64,000 nucleotides of DNA, from positions 2,281-66,280 of the forward strand of contig JAZSOO010000003.1 in the NCBI GenBank assembly GCA_045536935.1. Direction: 5' to 3'. The position numbers and the translations under genes are program-made. The notes under the pieces were generated by a model. It worked only from the letters and a program-made list of their open reading frames with translations. It did no database searches and was not told the origin of the DNA. Source of the DNA: Eubacteriales bacterium. Its GTDB lineage: Bacteria; Bacillota; Clostridia; Oscillospirales; CAG-382. Below are positions 53,457 through 61,379 of this stretch, piece by piece (the stretch's first letter is position 1; each line of letters begins with the position of its first letter).

Positions 53457-56288
53457 ATGAAACGTATCGTATCAATTGCGGTTATCTTTGCGATGATGCT
53501 TGCTGTTTTGGCTTTGCCCGTTTCGGCATTGGATTCTGACAGCGAAGCAAAATTCGATTTCGTTCTCGAAGGGCCCGAAACCTACGTTGCAGGCGACGAG
53601 ATCGAGGTTTACGCAAAGGTTAAGAATATAACTGCTTCCAACGGAACAGACGTTGGTCTTGCGCTCATTGAAGGTATATTGTATTACGACGAGACCAAGC
53701 TTGAGCTTACGAATGACCTTGATGAAGACGACGAAAACGGTGTTATGTGTGTTGAAAAGGTTCCTGCAACAAACTGGGAAAACCTTTCTAACACCGAGCA
53801 TATCTTTGACGAAGACGAATATCTTGCAACACCCACAAACTGCGGTTGGGTTGAATTTGCGGTCGCTACCGTCAATACAAACAAGAGGAATTTTGCCGTT
53901 GCCGACGATTCCGTAATCTTGAAGTTCACTTTTAAGGTCAAGGATACTGCGGTAGGCGATATCGAGATATATATTCCTGAGGTTGACGGCGCTTCCAATT
54001 CTACCGACGACTTTTTCGAATGCATAGGCAATGGCTCGGAATTGGTTATTGCAGACCCGAATTATATTGAGCCTTCCGAAGAACCCTCCGACGAGCCTTC
54101 CGAAGAACCTTCCGAAGAACCCAGCGAAGAGCCTTCCGAGGAACCTTCCGAAGAGCCCTCCGAAGAACCCAGCGAAGAGCCTTCCGGGGGACCTTCCGAA
54201 GAACCTTCCGAGGAACCCTCCGAAGAACCCAGCGAGGAACCTTCTGAAGAACCTTCCGAAGAACCTTCCGAAGAACCTTCCGAGGAACCTTCCGAAGAAC
54301 CTTCCGAGGAACCTTCCGAAGAACCTTCCGAGGAACCCTCCGAAGATCCTTCCGAAGAGCCTTCCGAGGAACCTTCTGAGGAACCTTCCGAAGAACCTTC
54401 CGAGGAACCTTCTGACGAACCTTCCGAAGAACCTTCCGAGGAACCTTCCGAGGAACCCTCCGAAGAACCTTCTGAAGAACCTTCCGAAGAACCCTCTGAA
54501 GAACCTTCCGAGGAACCCTCCGAAGAACCTTCCGAAGAACCTTCCGAGGAACCCTCCGAAGAACCTTCCGAGGAACCTTCTGAAGAACCTTCCGAGGAAC
54601 CCTCCGAAGAACCCTCCGAAGAACCTTCCGAAGAACCCTCCGAAGAACCCTCCGAAGAACCCTCCGAAGAACCTTCCGAAGAGCCTTCTGAAGAGCCCTC
54701 TGAAGAACCTTCCGAAGAACCTTCTGACGAACCTTCTGAAGAACCTTCCGAGGAACCTTCCGAGGAACCTTCCGAAGAACCTTCCGAAGAACCTTCCGAA
54801 GAACCTTCCGAGGAACCCGGCGAAGAACCGTCCGAAGAACCTTCCGAAGAACCTTCCGAGGAACCTTCCGAGGAACCCTCCGAAGAACCTTCCGAGGAAC
54901 CCTCCGAGGAACCCTCTGAGGAACCCTCTGAAGAACCCAGAGAGGAACTCGAAATAATTTATCAGCCCATTTCCGTTTGCGCAGAAAGCGGAGAGATTGC
55001 ATTGGTATCCGTAATGGCAAAGGGAGAAGGACTTACGTATCAATGGTATTATAAGAACGCAAACAGCGATTTCTTTATGCTCACCAACAGTACGAAGACC
55101 AACTATTATGCCGCTGTAATGGATACAAATCGTGCCGGCCGTCAGGTTTATTGCGTTATCACCGATAAATACGGCAATACGGTACAAACCGAGATCGCAA
55201 CCCTTAATATTACCGCTGAGATCGTTTCTCAGCCCGAATCCATCGCCGTTCAAAGCGGTACCGTGGCAAAAGTCAGCGTTAAAGCACTTGGCGAAGGATT
55301 GACTTATAAATGGTATTTCAAGAATAAGGGTGACAGCAAATTCAGCCTTACCAACAGCTATAAGAGCAATACGTATTCTATCGAAATGAACGGTACCCGT
55401 GCATCCCGTCAGGTTTATTGCGTTATCACCGATAAATACGGCAACACCGTAACGACCGAGACAGTAACTCTCGGCATGGCGGTCAAGATCACAAAACAGC
55501 CCGTTAACGTTTCCGCACAAAGCGGAAAGGTTGCAAAAGTTACCGTTACCGCTTCGGGCGAGGGCAAAACTTATAAATGGTATTATAAAGATAAAAACGC
55601 AACCAAGTTCACCCTCACAAACTCCTTCAAGGGCGATTCTTACTATATCGAAATGAACGGTACCCGTGCTTCCCGTCAGGTGTACTGTGTAATTACCGAC
55701 AAATACGGCAACAGCGTAACGACCGAGACCGTAACTCTCGGTATGGCGGTAAAGATAACAAAACAGCCCGCCGACGTTATCGTTTCCAACGGAGCAACCG
55801 CAACCGTGACCGTATCGGCATCGGGCGAAGGTAAAAAATATGAATGGTACTTCAAGGATAAGGGTGACAGTAAGTTCTATCTTACAAAATCCTTTACGGG
55901 CGATACCTATTCCGTAACGATGAACGAAGTCCGTGCATCCCGTCAGGTTTATTGCGTTATCACCGATAAATACGGCAACAGCGTAACTACCGAAACTGTA
56001 ACGCTTGGTATGCGTTTAAGCATCACTGCGCCGCTTCAAACCGTTACTGTTGCAAACGGAAAGACCGCAAAGGTTACTGTTAAAGCATTTGGCGAAGAAT
56101 TGACTTATAAATGGTATTTCAAAGACGTGGGTGCAACCGCATTCACTCTTACTACCTCCTTCACAGGTGATACCTATTCCGTAACTATGACAAAGGCCCG
56201 TGCAGGCAGACAGATCTATTGTGTTGTTACCGATAAATACGGCTATGCGATGTTTACGAACTCCGCAATGCTTAATATGCTTGGTTAA
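53457..56288 (+). CDS. Secreted scaffoldin-like protein: cohesin-like domain, ~290-aa (EEPS)n linker, five Ig-like repeats
   Basis: ATG 53457 after AAGGAGA (the track starts at a TTG at 53439). Signal peptide ..ALPVSA|LD. The N-terminal ~190 aa have a cohesin-like pattern (EIEVYAKVKNI.., YYDETKLEL, ILKFTFKVKD). Five 88-aa repeats carry the YKWY(F/Y)K...RQVYCVITDKYGN motif. No sortase motif or C-terminal TM segment is present. Confidence 0.8.
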   Translation: MKRIVSIAVIFAMMLAVLALPVSALDSDSEAKFDFVLEGPETYVAGDEIEVYAKVKNITASNGTDVGLALIEGILYYDETKLELTNDLDEDDENGVMCVEKVPATNWENLSNTEHIFDEDEYLATPTNCGWVEFAVATVNTNKRNFAVADDSVILKFTFKVKDTAVGDIEIYIPEVDGASNSTDDFFECIGNGSELVIADPNYIEPSEEPSDEPSEEPSEEPSEEPSEEPSEEPSEEPSEEPSGGPSEEPSEEPSEEPSEEPSEEPSEEPSEEPSEEPSEEPSEEPSEEPSEEPSEDPSEEPSEEPSEEPSEEPSEEPSDEPSEEPSEEPSEEPSEEPSEEPSEEPSEEPSEEPSEEPSEEPSEEPSEEPSEEPSEEPSEEPSEEPSEEPSEEPSEEPSEEPSEEPSEEPSEEPSEEPSEEPSDEPSEEPSEEPSEEPSEEPSEEPSEEPSEEPGEEPSEEPSEEPSEEPSEEPSEEPSEEPSEEPSEEPSEEPREELEIIYQPISVCAESGEIALVSVMAKGEGLTYQWYYKNANSDFFMLTNSTKTNYYAAVMDTNRAGRQVYCVITDKYGNTVQTEIATLNITAEIVSQPESIAVQSGTVAKVSVKALGEGLTYKWYFKNKGDSKFSLTNSYKSNTYSIEMNGTRASRQVYCVITDKYGNTVTTETVTLGMAVKITKQPVNVSAQSGKVAKVTVTASGEGKTYKWYYKDKNATKFTLTNSFKGDSYYIEMNGTRASRQVYCVITDKYGNSVTTETVTLGMAVKITKQPADVIVSNGATATVTVSASGEGKKYEWYFKDKGDSKFYLTKSFTGDTYSVTMNEVRASRQVYCVITDKYGNSVTTETVTLGMRLSITAPLQTVTVANGKTAKVTVKAFGEELTYKWYFKDVGATAFTLTTSFTGDTYSVTMTKARAGRQIYCVVTDKYGYAMFTNSAMLNMLG
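54069..54938 (+). repeat. Tandem 12-bp repeat, about 72 copies (encodes EPSE/EEPS)
   Basis: gaaccttccgaa units with synonymous variants (gag, ccc, tct, agc). Rare codon changes give D, G or R. Confidence 0.95.
54950..56282 (+). repeat. Five tandem ~264-bp repeats (Ig-like modules)
   Basis: Near-identical stretches such as cgtcaggtttattgcgttatcaccgataaatacggcaa recur at about 55140, 55408 and 55950. Diverged copies lie at about 55676 and 56210. Confidence 0.9.
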
Positions 56289-56301
56289 ATAATTAAACAA
56301 C

Positions 56302-56331
56302 AAAAAGGGCATCATAGCGATGCCCTTTTGC
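56302..56331 (+). terminator. Rho-independent terminator
   Basis: AAAAAGGGCATC-atagc-GATGCCCTTTTG. Confidence 0.8.
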
Positions 56332-56339
56332 TTTTGCAA

Positions 56340-56860
56340 TTCTGTTATATCTTATGTCTGTATAAAAACGAAATAAAGAAAATGTAGGGGAGGGTCTACG
56401 GGGTCCCTGAAAACGCTTGCGTTTTTGGGGTAATAAACCCTCCCGAACCCTAATTATTTGTTGATTCTTATGTCTGTATAAAAACGAAATTCGCGGGTGT
56501 AGGGACCGGCGTCCTCGACGGTCCGTTTCCTTGTCGTTTTGCGGAGGGTTAAGGTTATGTTGTTTATGTTGATTTTGTTATTCAAACAGACATAATCTTA
56601 TATTTATTCTTACGTAGCGGACCGTCGAGGACGCTTACTTCCTACAATAATCAAATGCCCACAAACAACAAACCACCAACCTGTCATTCTGAACGGAAAT
56701 GGGGCCCCCGCAAAACTTGTTTTGTGGGGTGTTGTAGTGAAGAATCTCAATTCGTTGTTTCTTCTGTCTATGTTAAATCACCCTTACCTTCTCCTGAGTG
56801 AGATTCCTCGTGTTCCTTCGAAACACTCGGAATGACACTTCTGTTTATGTTTCATGGCTA
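56340..56860. repeat. Mosaic intergenic repeat array (locus 5, largest)
   Basis: Two direct copies and one inverted copy of the cttatgtctgtataaaaacgaaat leader. The tgtaggggagggt..accctccc module has a 41-nt module inserted in its loop. Also present are tgtagggaccggcgtcctcgacggtccg, gtcattctgaacg..gtgaagaatctca split by a hairpin insert, and an inverted tgagattcctcg..ctcggaatgaca copy. Confidence 0.85.
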
Positions 56861-56894
56861 CGACGCAGGAACTAAAAACCAACCTAAAACGTGA

Positions 56895-56937
56895 CAATAA
56901 AAAACCGATTTGAAAGGTCAATTCCAATCAAATCGGT
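56895..56937 (-). terminator. Terminator of the XRE gene
   Basis: ACCGATTTGA..TCAAATCGGT hairpin, followed by a T-run on the minus strand. Confidence 0.65.
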
Positions 56938-56938
56938 T

Positions 56939-57163
56939 TTAGTTTTTGTATTGTAAGTCTTTCGGCAGTCCAAGCATATAATCGGCAGAAACAGCGAAAA
57001 AATTACAGATTGCTGTAATGTCTTCAATGCTTGGCTCGCATTTTCCGCATTCGATATACGAGAGCTTGCGTTGCGTCATTCCAAGCTTTTTGCCAAGCTC
57101 GGTTTGGTTCAATTCTTTTTCTTCTCGCAAATTTCGGAGCTTTTCCCCGAACGTCAATTTCAT
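56939..57163 (-). CDS. XRE-family helix-turn-helix transcriptional regulator
   Basis: 74 aa. Canonical LRNLREEKELNQTELGKKLGMTQRKLSYIE HTH_3 pattern. Confidence 0.85.
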   Translation of the reverse strand: MKLTFGEKLRNLREEKELNQTELGKKLGMTQRKLSYIECGKCEPSIEDITAICNFFAVSADYMLGLPKDLQYKN

Positions 57164-57207
57164 TTTTCATCACCCATATATAATTTACCATAGACAAAAA
57201 CTTTCTA

Positions 57208-57236
57208 TTGACAAATAGACAAAAAATGTCTATAAT
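57208..57236 (+). promoter_or_regulatory. Consensus promoter overlapped by operator palindromes (XRE / lipoprotein divergent region)
   Basis: TTGACA (57208-57213), 17 nt, TATAAT (57231-57236). A perfect inverted repeat ATAGACA-aaaaa-TGTCTAT lies at 57215-57233. A second, imperfect site ATAGACAAAAACTTTCTAT lies at 57190-57208. Confidence 0.65.
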
Positions 57237-57269
57237 AAATTATACTATTTTAAAAAAAGGAGCATTTTA

Positions 57270-57824
57270 ATGAAAAAAATCTTAATTGTAGTTTTAACTC
57301 TCACAATGTGCGTTTCTTTATTTGCCTGTAGTAGCGAAGCAAATGATAGAAGAAGCATAGAAAAAGTTATTGATGTTCTTAATGATGTGTGTTATTTTTA
57401 TGAATATAATGAAAAAAATCTATTGAAAGTAGCACCGGAGGATTTTTGGCAAAGTTGGGCAGATAACTATACTGACGGAGATTTGGAAGAACTGTTTGAT
57501 GATATGGAAAGAGAGGGAGAAACAGAGCGAAGCGGAGACGACGAACTGCCAAAAGAAGTAGAGTATGAAATAACATATTTCACACAGTTATCCGAAGACG
57601 AATGCGAACGTGTTGAAGAAGGACTCGAAAAAAGAGATGACATAAACTATGAAAATATATCTAACGCCTATTCTTTTAAAATGAAATTTATTATCACTGA
57701 TTCTGATGGTGAGAATTATGAAGAAGGGCCTTATAATTTTGTTGCTGTTAAAATGGAAGATGAGTGGTATATTGCAGATTACACAGAAAAAAGAATTCGT
57801 TGGACGGTGGACGGTTTTATTTAA
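57270..57824 (+). CDS. Lipoprotein, function unknown (low-GC gene)
   Basis: 184 aa. AAAGGAG RBS. Lipobox SLFAC|SS. Acidic and AT-rich, with codon usage unlike its neighbours. Confidence 0.7.
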   Translation: MKKILIVVLTLTMCVSLFACSSEANDRRSIEKVIDVLNDVCYFYEYNEKNLLKVAPEDFWQSWADNYTDGDLEELFDDMEREGETERSGDDELPKEVEYEITYFTQLSEDECERVEEGLEKRDDINYENISNAYSFKMKFIITDSDGENYEEGPYNFVAVKMEDEWYIADYTEKRIRWTVDGFI

Positions 57825-57850
57825 AATAGATAAAAAGTTCTGAAAAGAGA

Positions 57851-57890
57851 TTGCGAGAGGCAAACTTTTTCAAAAGTTTGCCTCTCGCAA
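57851..57890. terminator. Perfect 19-bp-arm palindrome (hairpin) between convergent genes
   Basis: TTGCGAGAGGCAAACTTTT-tc-AAAAGTTTGCCTCTCGCAA. A second hairpin AAAACGGCATC-aaaac-GATGCCGTTTTTT follows at 57896-57926. Confidence 0.7.
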
Positions 57891-57954
57891 TAAACGAAAA
57901 CGGCATCAAAACGATGCCGTTTTTTGCTGTTCATTTTGTCGGTTCGGAAGAAAA

Positions 57955-59928
57955 CTATCGTCTTCCGGGTCTTCCGCTCATACCGCCGGAGCCGAAGACG
58001 AGGGTTACCATTTCTATCTGTGAAAGTGTTGCACCGTCCTCGATGGAGGTATTTCGTGCATATCCGTTTTCGTCTGCACCGTCAACCGTTCCGCCTGCTA
58101 CGAGAGTATAGGTGTTGCCTGCCTGAATCTCGGGTGCGGAAACTACCGCAGAGGAATAGGTTTTATTGGGAGTGAAGGAAACTATTGCCTTGCCGTTGCT
58201 GTCGCAAAGAGCAAACGAGGTTCCGCCGTTGCAGGTCTGGAAGGTGCTGTATATTGCACCTTGGTTTTCTGCATTCGAAAATCCCTGCGCCATGCCCGAG
58301 CTTCCAAGTGCAATAAACACACCGCCCGTTACGGTTGCACCCGATTGGGTGTCAAGCGCACCGTTACCGTTGTTTGTAGGACCGCTTACAAGGGTGACAC
58401 CGCCTTTAACGGTTACCGTACCGTTGGAGTCGATACCGTCGCCCGAAGCATCAACTATTATCTTACCGCCCGAAATTATAATTTCACCAACGCCGTTGCC
58501 GAACATATCTCCGCCCATACCGCCGGGTCTTTGACCTCCTGCTCCGCCGCCGTGGTCGCCACCGCCGGGGTTAAAGTTACCGTCGGGCTTTTGGGGAGGT
58601 TGCCCACCGCTTTGATTCGGATTTTGTTGACCGTCAAAGCCTTCGGGGGGCATTTGACCGGGTTGCTGACCTTGCAGGTTGGGGTCTTGCTGACCGTTTT
58701 GGTCGGGACGTTGACCGCCGAAGTTGGGGTTTTGGTTGCCCGAGCCGTCATTACCGCCTGCGGCGTTGATACCGTCGTCGGAAGCGGTTATATCAATATC
58801 ACCGCCCGAAACGATAATTTTGCTTGCTTCAAGACCTTCATAGCATTTTTCAATGATTATCTTGCCGTTTGCGATCTGAAGGTCGGTATCGGCGTGGATA
58901 CCGTCGTCAGCGCTATTAAGAACAAATTCACCGTTTTTAATAAGGATAGAATTGTTTGCGTGGATAGAGTCGTCCATCGAATCGATATTGAATTTGCCGT
59001 TGTTGATGATAACGTCAAGAACGGCTTTTAAACCCTTGTACGATTCTTCGCTGTTTATACTTCCGACAGTGTTGGAAGAACCGCCGTTTGCAACGACGTT
59101 GATTTCGGCATTGTCTATCTTCAAAACCGTTTCTGCCTGAATACCGTCGTTGCCCGAGGTAATATCAAGCTTACCGCTTTCGATATAAACAAAACCACGG
59201 TCTGCGTCCTCTTCGTTGTCGGAACGAATACCGTCGCTGCCTGCATCGAGAATTAGATTTGCATCGGAGATCTTAACACAATCCTTGCCGTTAAGACCGA
59301 CCCCTATGGATATCGTGTGAAGTGTTGCAGAAACGATATTAAGGTCGTCTTTCGAAACTATAGCGTGCTTTGTATTGCCCTTAACGGTCAGCTCGCCCTT
59401 GCCGTTTATCGTAAGGTCGGCACGGGAGAATATGGCACCGTCGATATTTGTATCGCTGTCTTGAAGGCTGTATCCCGTTCCGTCGGAGATTTTGTTCTTT
59501 GTGCCTTCTTTGAGGGTTATAAACACCTTGTCGCCCGATTTGATATAGATACAAGGACCGTTTTCGTTGGTTATATTTGCATTGTCGAGGACGATCTGGA
59601 CCTTTTCCTCGTCGCCGACGGAAACGGTTATCATCTTGTTAATGTCGCCCGTGAAGATATAGGTTCCTTCTGCGGTTATATCAATGGAATTCTCGGATTC
59701 GGCAGGGGTTCTGACGTCCTTTTGGTCGTAAGAATTTTCCTTGTCACGCTTTGAAAATTCAAAATCCATATTCGCTGTATCAACAAAAGATACGTCTGTG
59801 TTTGCGTTTTCCGATTCTGTAGAAACGGAAACGTCTTTTGAAGTATCAATAGGTTCTTCGGTATTATCACAGCTTACAAACGAAAGCAGGAGTGCAAAAA
59901 CGAGGGAGCAAGCCAAAAGCTTTTTCAA
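57955..59928 (-). CDS. Cthe_2159-type carbohydrate/polyanion-binding beta-helix lipoprotein with a G/Q/P/N-rich insert
   Basis: 657 aa. TTG start 6 nt after AAGGTGA. Lipobox LLSFVSC|DN. Repeated ..I.SGDDGI.A.. beta-helix rungs (SDGIRSD, NDGIQAE, DDSIHAN, DDGIHAD, DDGINAA, GDGIDSN). Low-complexity tract GNQNPNFGGQRPDQNGQQDPNLQGQQPGQMPPEGFDGQQNPNQSGGQPPQKPDGNFNPGGG. Confidence 0.78.
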   Translation of the reverse strand: MKKLLACSLVFALLLSFVSCDNTEEPIDTSKDVSVSTESENANTDVSFVDTANMDFEFSKRDKENSYDQKDVRTPAESENSIDITAEGTYIFTGDINKMITVSVGDEEKVQIVLDNANITNENGPCIYIKSGDKVFITLKEGTKNKISDGTGYSLQDSDTNIDGAIFSRADLTINGKGELTVKGNTKHAIVSKDDLNIVSATLHTISIGVGLNGKDCVKISDANLILDAGSDGIRSDNEEDADRGFVYIESGKLDITSGNDGIQAETVLKIDNAEINVVANGGSSNTVGSINSEESYKGLKAVLDVIINNGKFNIDSMDDSIHANNSILIKNGEFVLNSADDGIHADTDLQIANGKIIIEKCYEGLEASKIIVSGGDIDITASDDGINAAGGNDGSGNQNPNFGGQRPDQNGQQDPNLQGQQPGQMPPEGFDGQQNPNQSGGQPPQKPDGNFNPGGGDHGGGAGGQRPGGMGGDMFGNGVGEIIISGGKIIVDASGDGIDSNGTVTVKGGVTLVSGPTNNGNGALDTQSGATVTGGVFIALGSSGMAQGFSNAENQGAIYSTFQTCNGGTSFALCDSNGKAIVSFTPNKTYSSAVVSAPEIQAGNTYTLVAGGTVDGADENGYARNTSIEDGATLSQIEMVTLVFGSGGMSGRPGRR

Positions 59929-60593
59929 AGCGATTCACCTTCTTCTGCAGATTCAAAGATTGAGATTTCAAGGTTGCCGTTGCGGCAGCGGAGCTCGTCG
60001 ATAAATTCCTTCAAGAGCGTTCTGTCCTTTGGCTTTATTTTGTAGGAGAGCTTATAAAGACTGCCCATATTTGAGGTTTTTGTTTTGACAAGCTTGTGGG
60101 ATTTTGTGTATTTTTTGAAAAGGTCGGAAAATGCGTCTGTAAAATTCAAGGATTCGGGAACGGTGATGTTAAGGCTCATCATTTCGTCACAGCCAAGCGG
60201 AATGAACGAGAGGGCGAAAAGCACCGCACCGACGATAAGCGAGAAAAGTATTGCAATAGCAACGTAACCGCCTGCGCAAGCCAAGCCCGCCGTCATTGAA
60301 AGGAAGATCGAAACGATATCCTTTGCCTTGCCCGGTACCGAACGGAAACGAACGAGCGAAAATGCACCCATAACGGCAATACCCGTTCCGACGTTGCCGT
60401 TTACCATGGTTATAACGGTTGAAACTATCATCGGAAGCAAAATGAGAGATATTATAAAGCTCTTTGAAGGCATCGAACGTATGCTTGCCGAGATTGCGGC
60501 TATAATACCGCAAACAAGCGCACAGGCAATGCATATCAAATATGCTTCGACGGAAAAACCGTCCTTTAATACAGATTCAAACAGCGCAGACAT
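59925..60593 (-). CDS. DUF4956 membrane protein
   Basis: 222 aa. Four predicted TM helices, an SLVRFRSVPGKAKD motif and a soluble C-terminal domain. The AGGAG RBS lies inside the upstream gene, with a 17-nt overlap. Confidence 0.82.
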   Translation of the reverse strand: MSALFESVLKDGFSVEAYLICIACALVCGIIAAISASIRSMPSKSFIISLILLPMIVSTVITMVNGNVGTGIAVMGAFSLVRFRSVPGKAKDIVSIFLSMTAGLACAGGYVAIAILFSLIVGAVLFALSFIPLGCDEMMSLNITVPESLNFTDAFSDLFKKYTKSHKLVKTKTSNMGSLYKLSYKIKPKDRTLLKEFIDELRCRNGNLEISIFESAEEGESL

Positions 60594-61320
60594 ACTTTTC
60601 TTCTCCTTCGGTCGATTTGATATTTATAGGGGAAAGTCCGGTTGCATCAAGATAGGATCTGCCGTATTTTGAGAACGAGGAGGGAAGTATCGTAAGCTCG
60701 TCAAGAATATGTGACAGCCATATCGGCATACTTCCGTCGGTCTTGATCTCGAGGATATATTCCCCGTTCGGGATGACCCGTTTTCCTTCTGTTCCTTTTG
60801 CAAGGTCGAGCGTATCACTTCGGTATCTTACGTTGGAATCGAAGGTTATACGCAGATTAGGCATATCTTTTATGTAATATGCTTCACGTTCGTATGCAAC
60901 AAGCATTCTCGGCTTTGGTCTGCCGTAAAAGTTCATCGCATGATCGATCTCGTTCATAATCTGCGAGCTTTCGGGTCTTGCACCGTTTTCGATATAATCC
61001 ATTGCCTGTTCAAGTGTTGTGGAGATCCTTCGTTTATAAACAACACCCTTATATTTTTTCTTTATCTCCAAAAAGACCTTGTTTTTTCCGTTCGGTGTGC
61101 CGTAGCTTCGCAAACGTAACTTTTCCTTATAGGTCTTTGCTTCTATCGAGTTTCTTATTATAAGAAAGCTTGGCGTATCAAGATAAAGACTGCAAACGGT
61201 ACTGTTTTTATGAGGGTCGGGGATAAGATATTCAAAGCAACGTGCTATCAAGGCATCTTTTTCTGCTTTGGTTATGCGGTATTTCTTTTCGATTCGCTTG
61301 AACGTATAAATATCCGCCAT
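60577..61320 (-). CDS. VTC-domain (polyphosphate polymerase / triphosphate-tunnel) protein
   Basis: 247 aa. N-terminal F.R.E.KY tunnel motif (FKRIEKKYRI) and alternating basic beta-strand pattern (LRLRSY, FLEIKKKYKGVVYKRR, ILEIKT). Confidence 0.82.
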   Translation of the reverse strand: MADIYTFKRIEKKYRITKAEKDALIARCFEYLIPDPHKNSTVCSLYLDTPSFLIIRNSIEAKTYKEKLRLRSYGTPNGKNKVFLEIKKKYKGVVYKRRISTTLEQAMDYIENGARPESSQIMNEIDHAMNFYGRPKPRMLVAYEREAYYIKDMPNLRITFDSNVRYRSDTLDLAKGTEGKRVIPNGEYILEIKTDGSMPIWLSHILDELTILPSSFSKYGRSYLDATGLSPINIKSTEGEEKYVCAV

Positions 61321-61379
61321 AAAATACCTCCTATCCCGATTTAGTGGGTAGAGTCTATTACTCTAACCTTAAATGAAAA

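Noticed and set aside
54031-55020. 308-aa (+) and 324-aa (-) ORFs, plus the 682-aa ORF 53472-55520 (-), inside the EEPS repeat.
   Set aside because: These are alternative frames of a 12-bp tandem repeat and stay open automatically (PKNL/RKVL-type reiterations). The real frame is fixed by the flanking cohesin-like and Ig-like domains.
52974-57890. Genomic island integrated at tRNA-Val, covering the cohesin gene, repeat field and XRE-lipoprotein islet.
   Set aside because: I could not find a downstream direct repeat of the tRNA 3' end; the closest is ttcatcacccata at about 57166, which is not a match. There is no integrase. Only the 57164-57890 part shows deviant composition.
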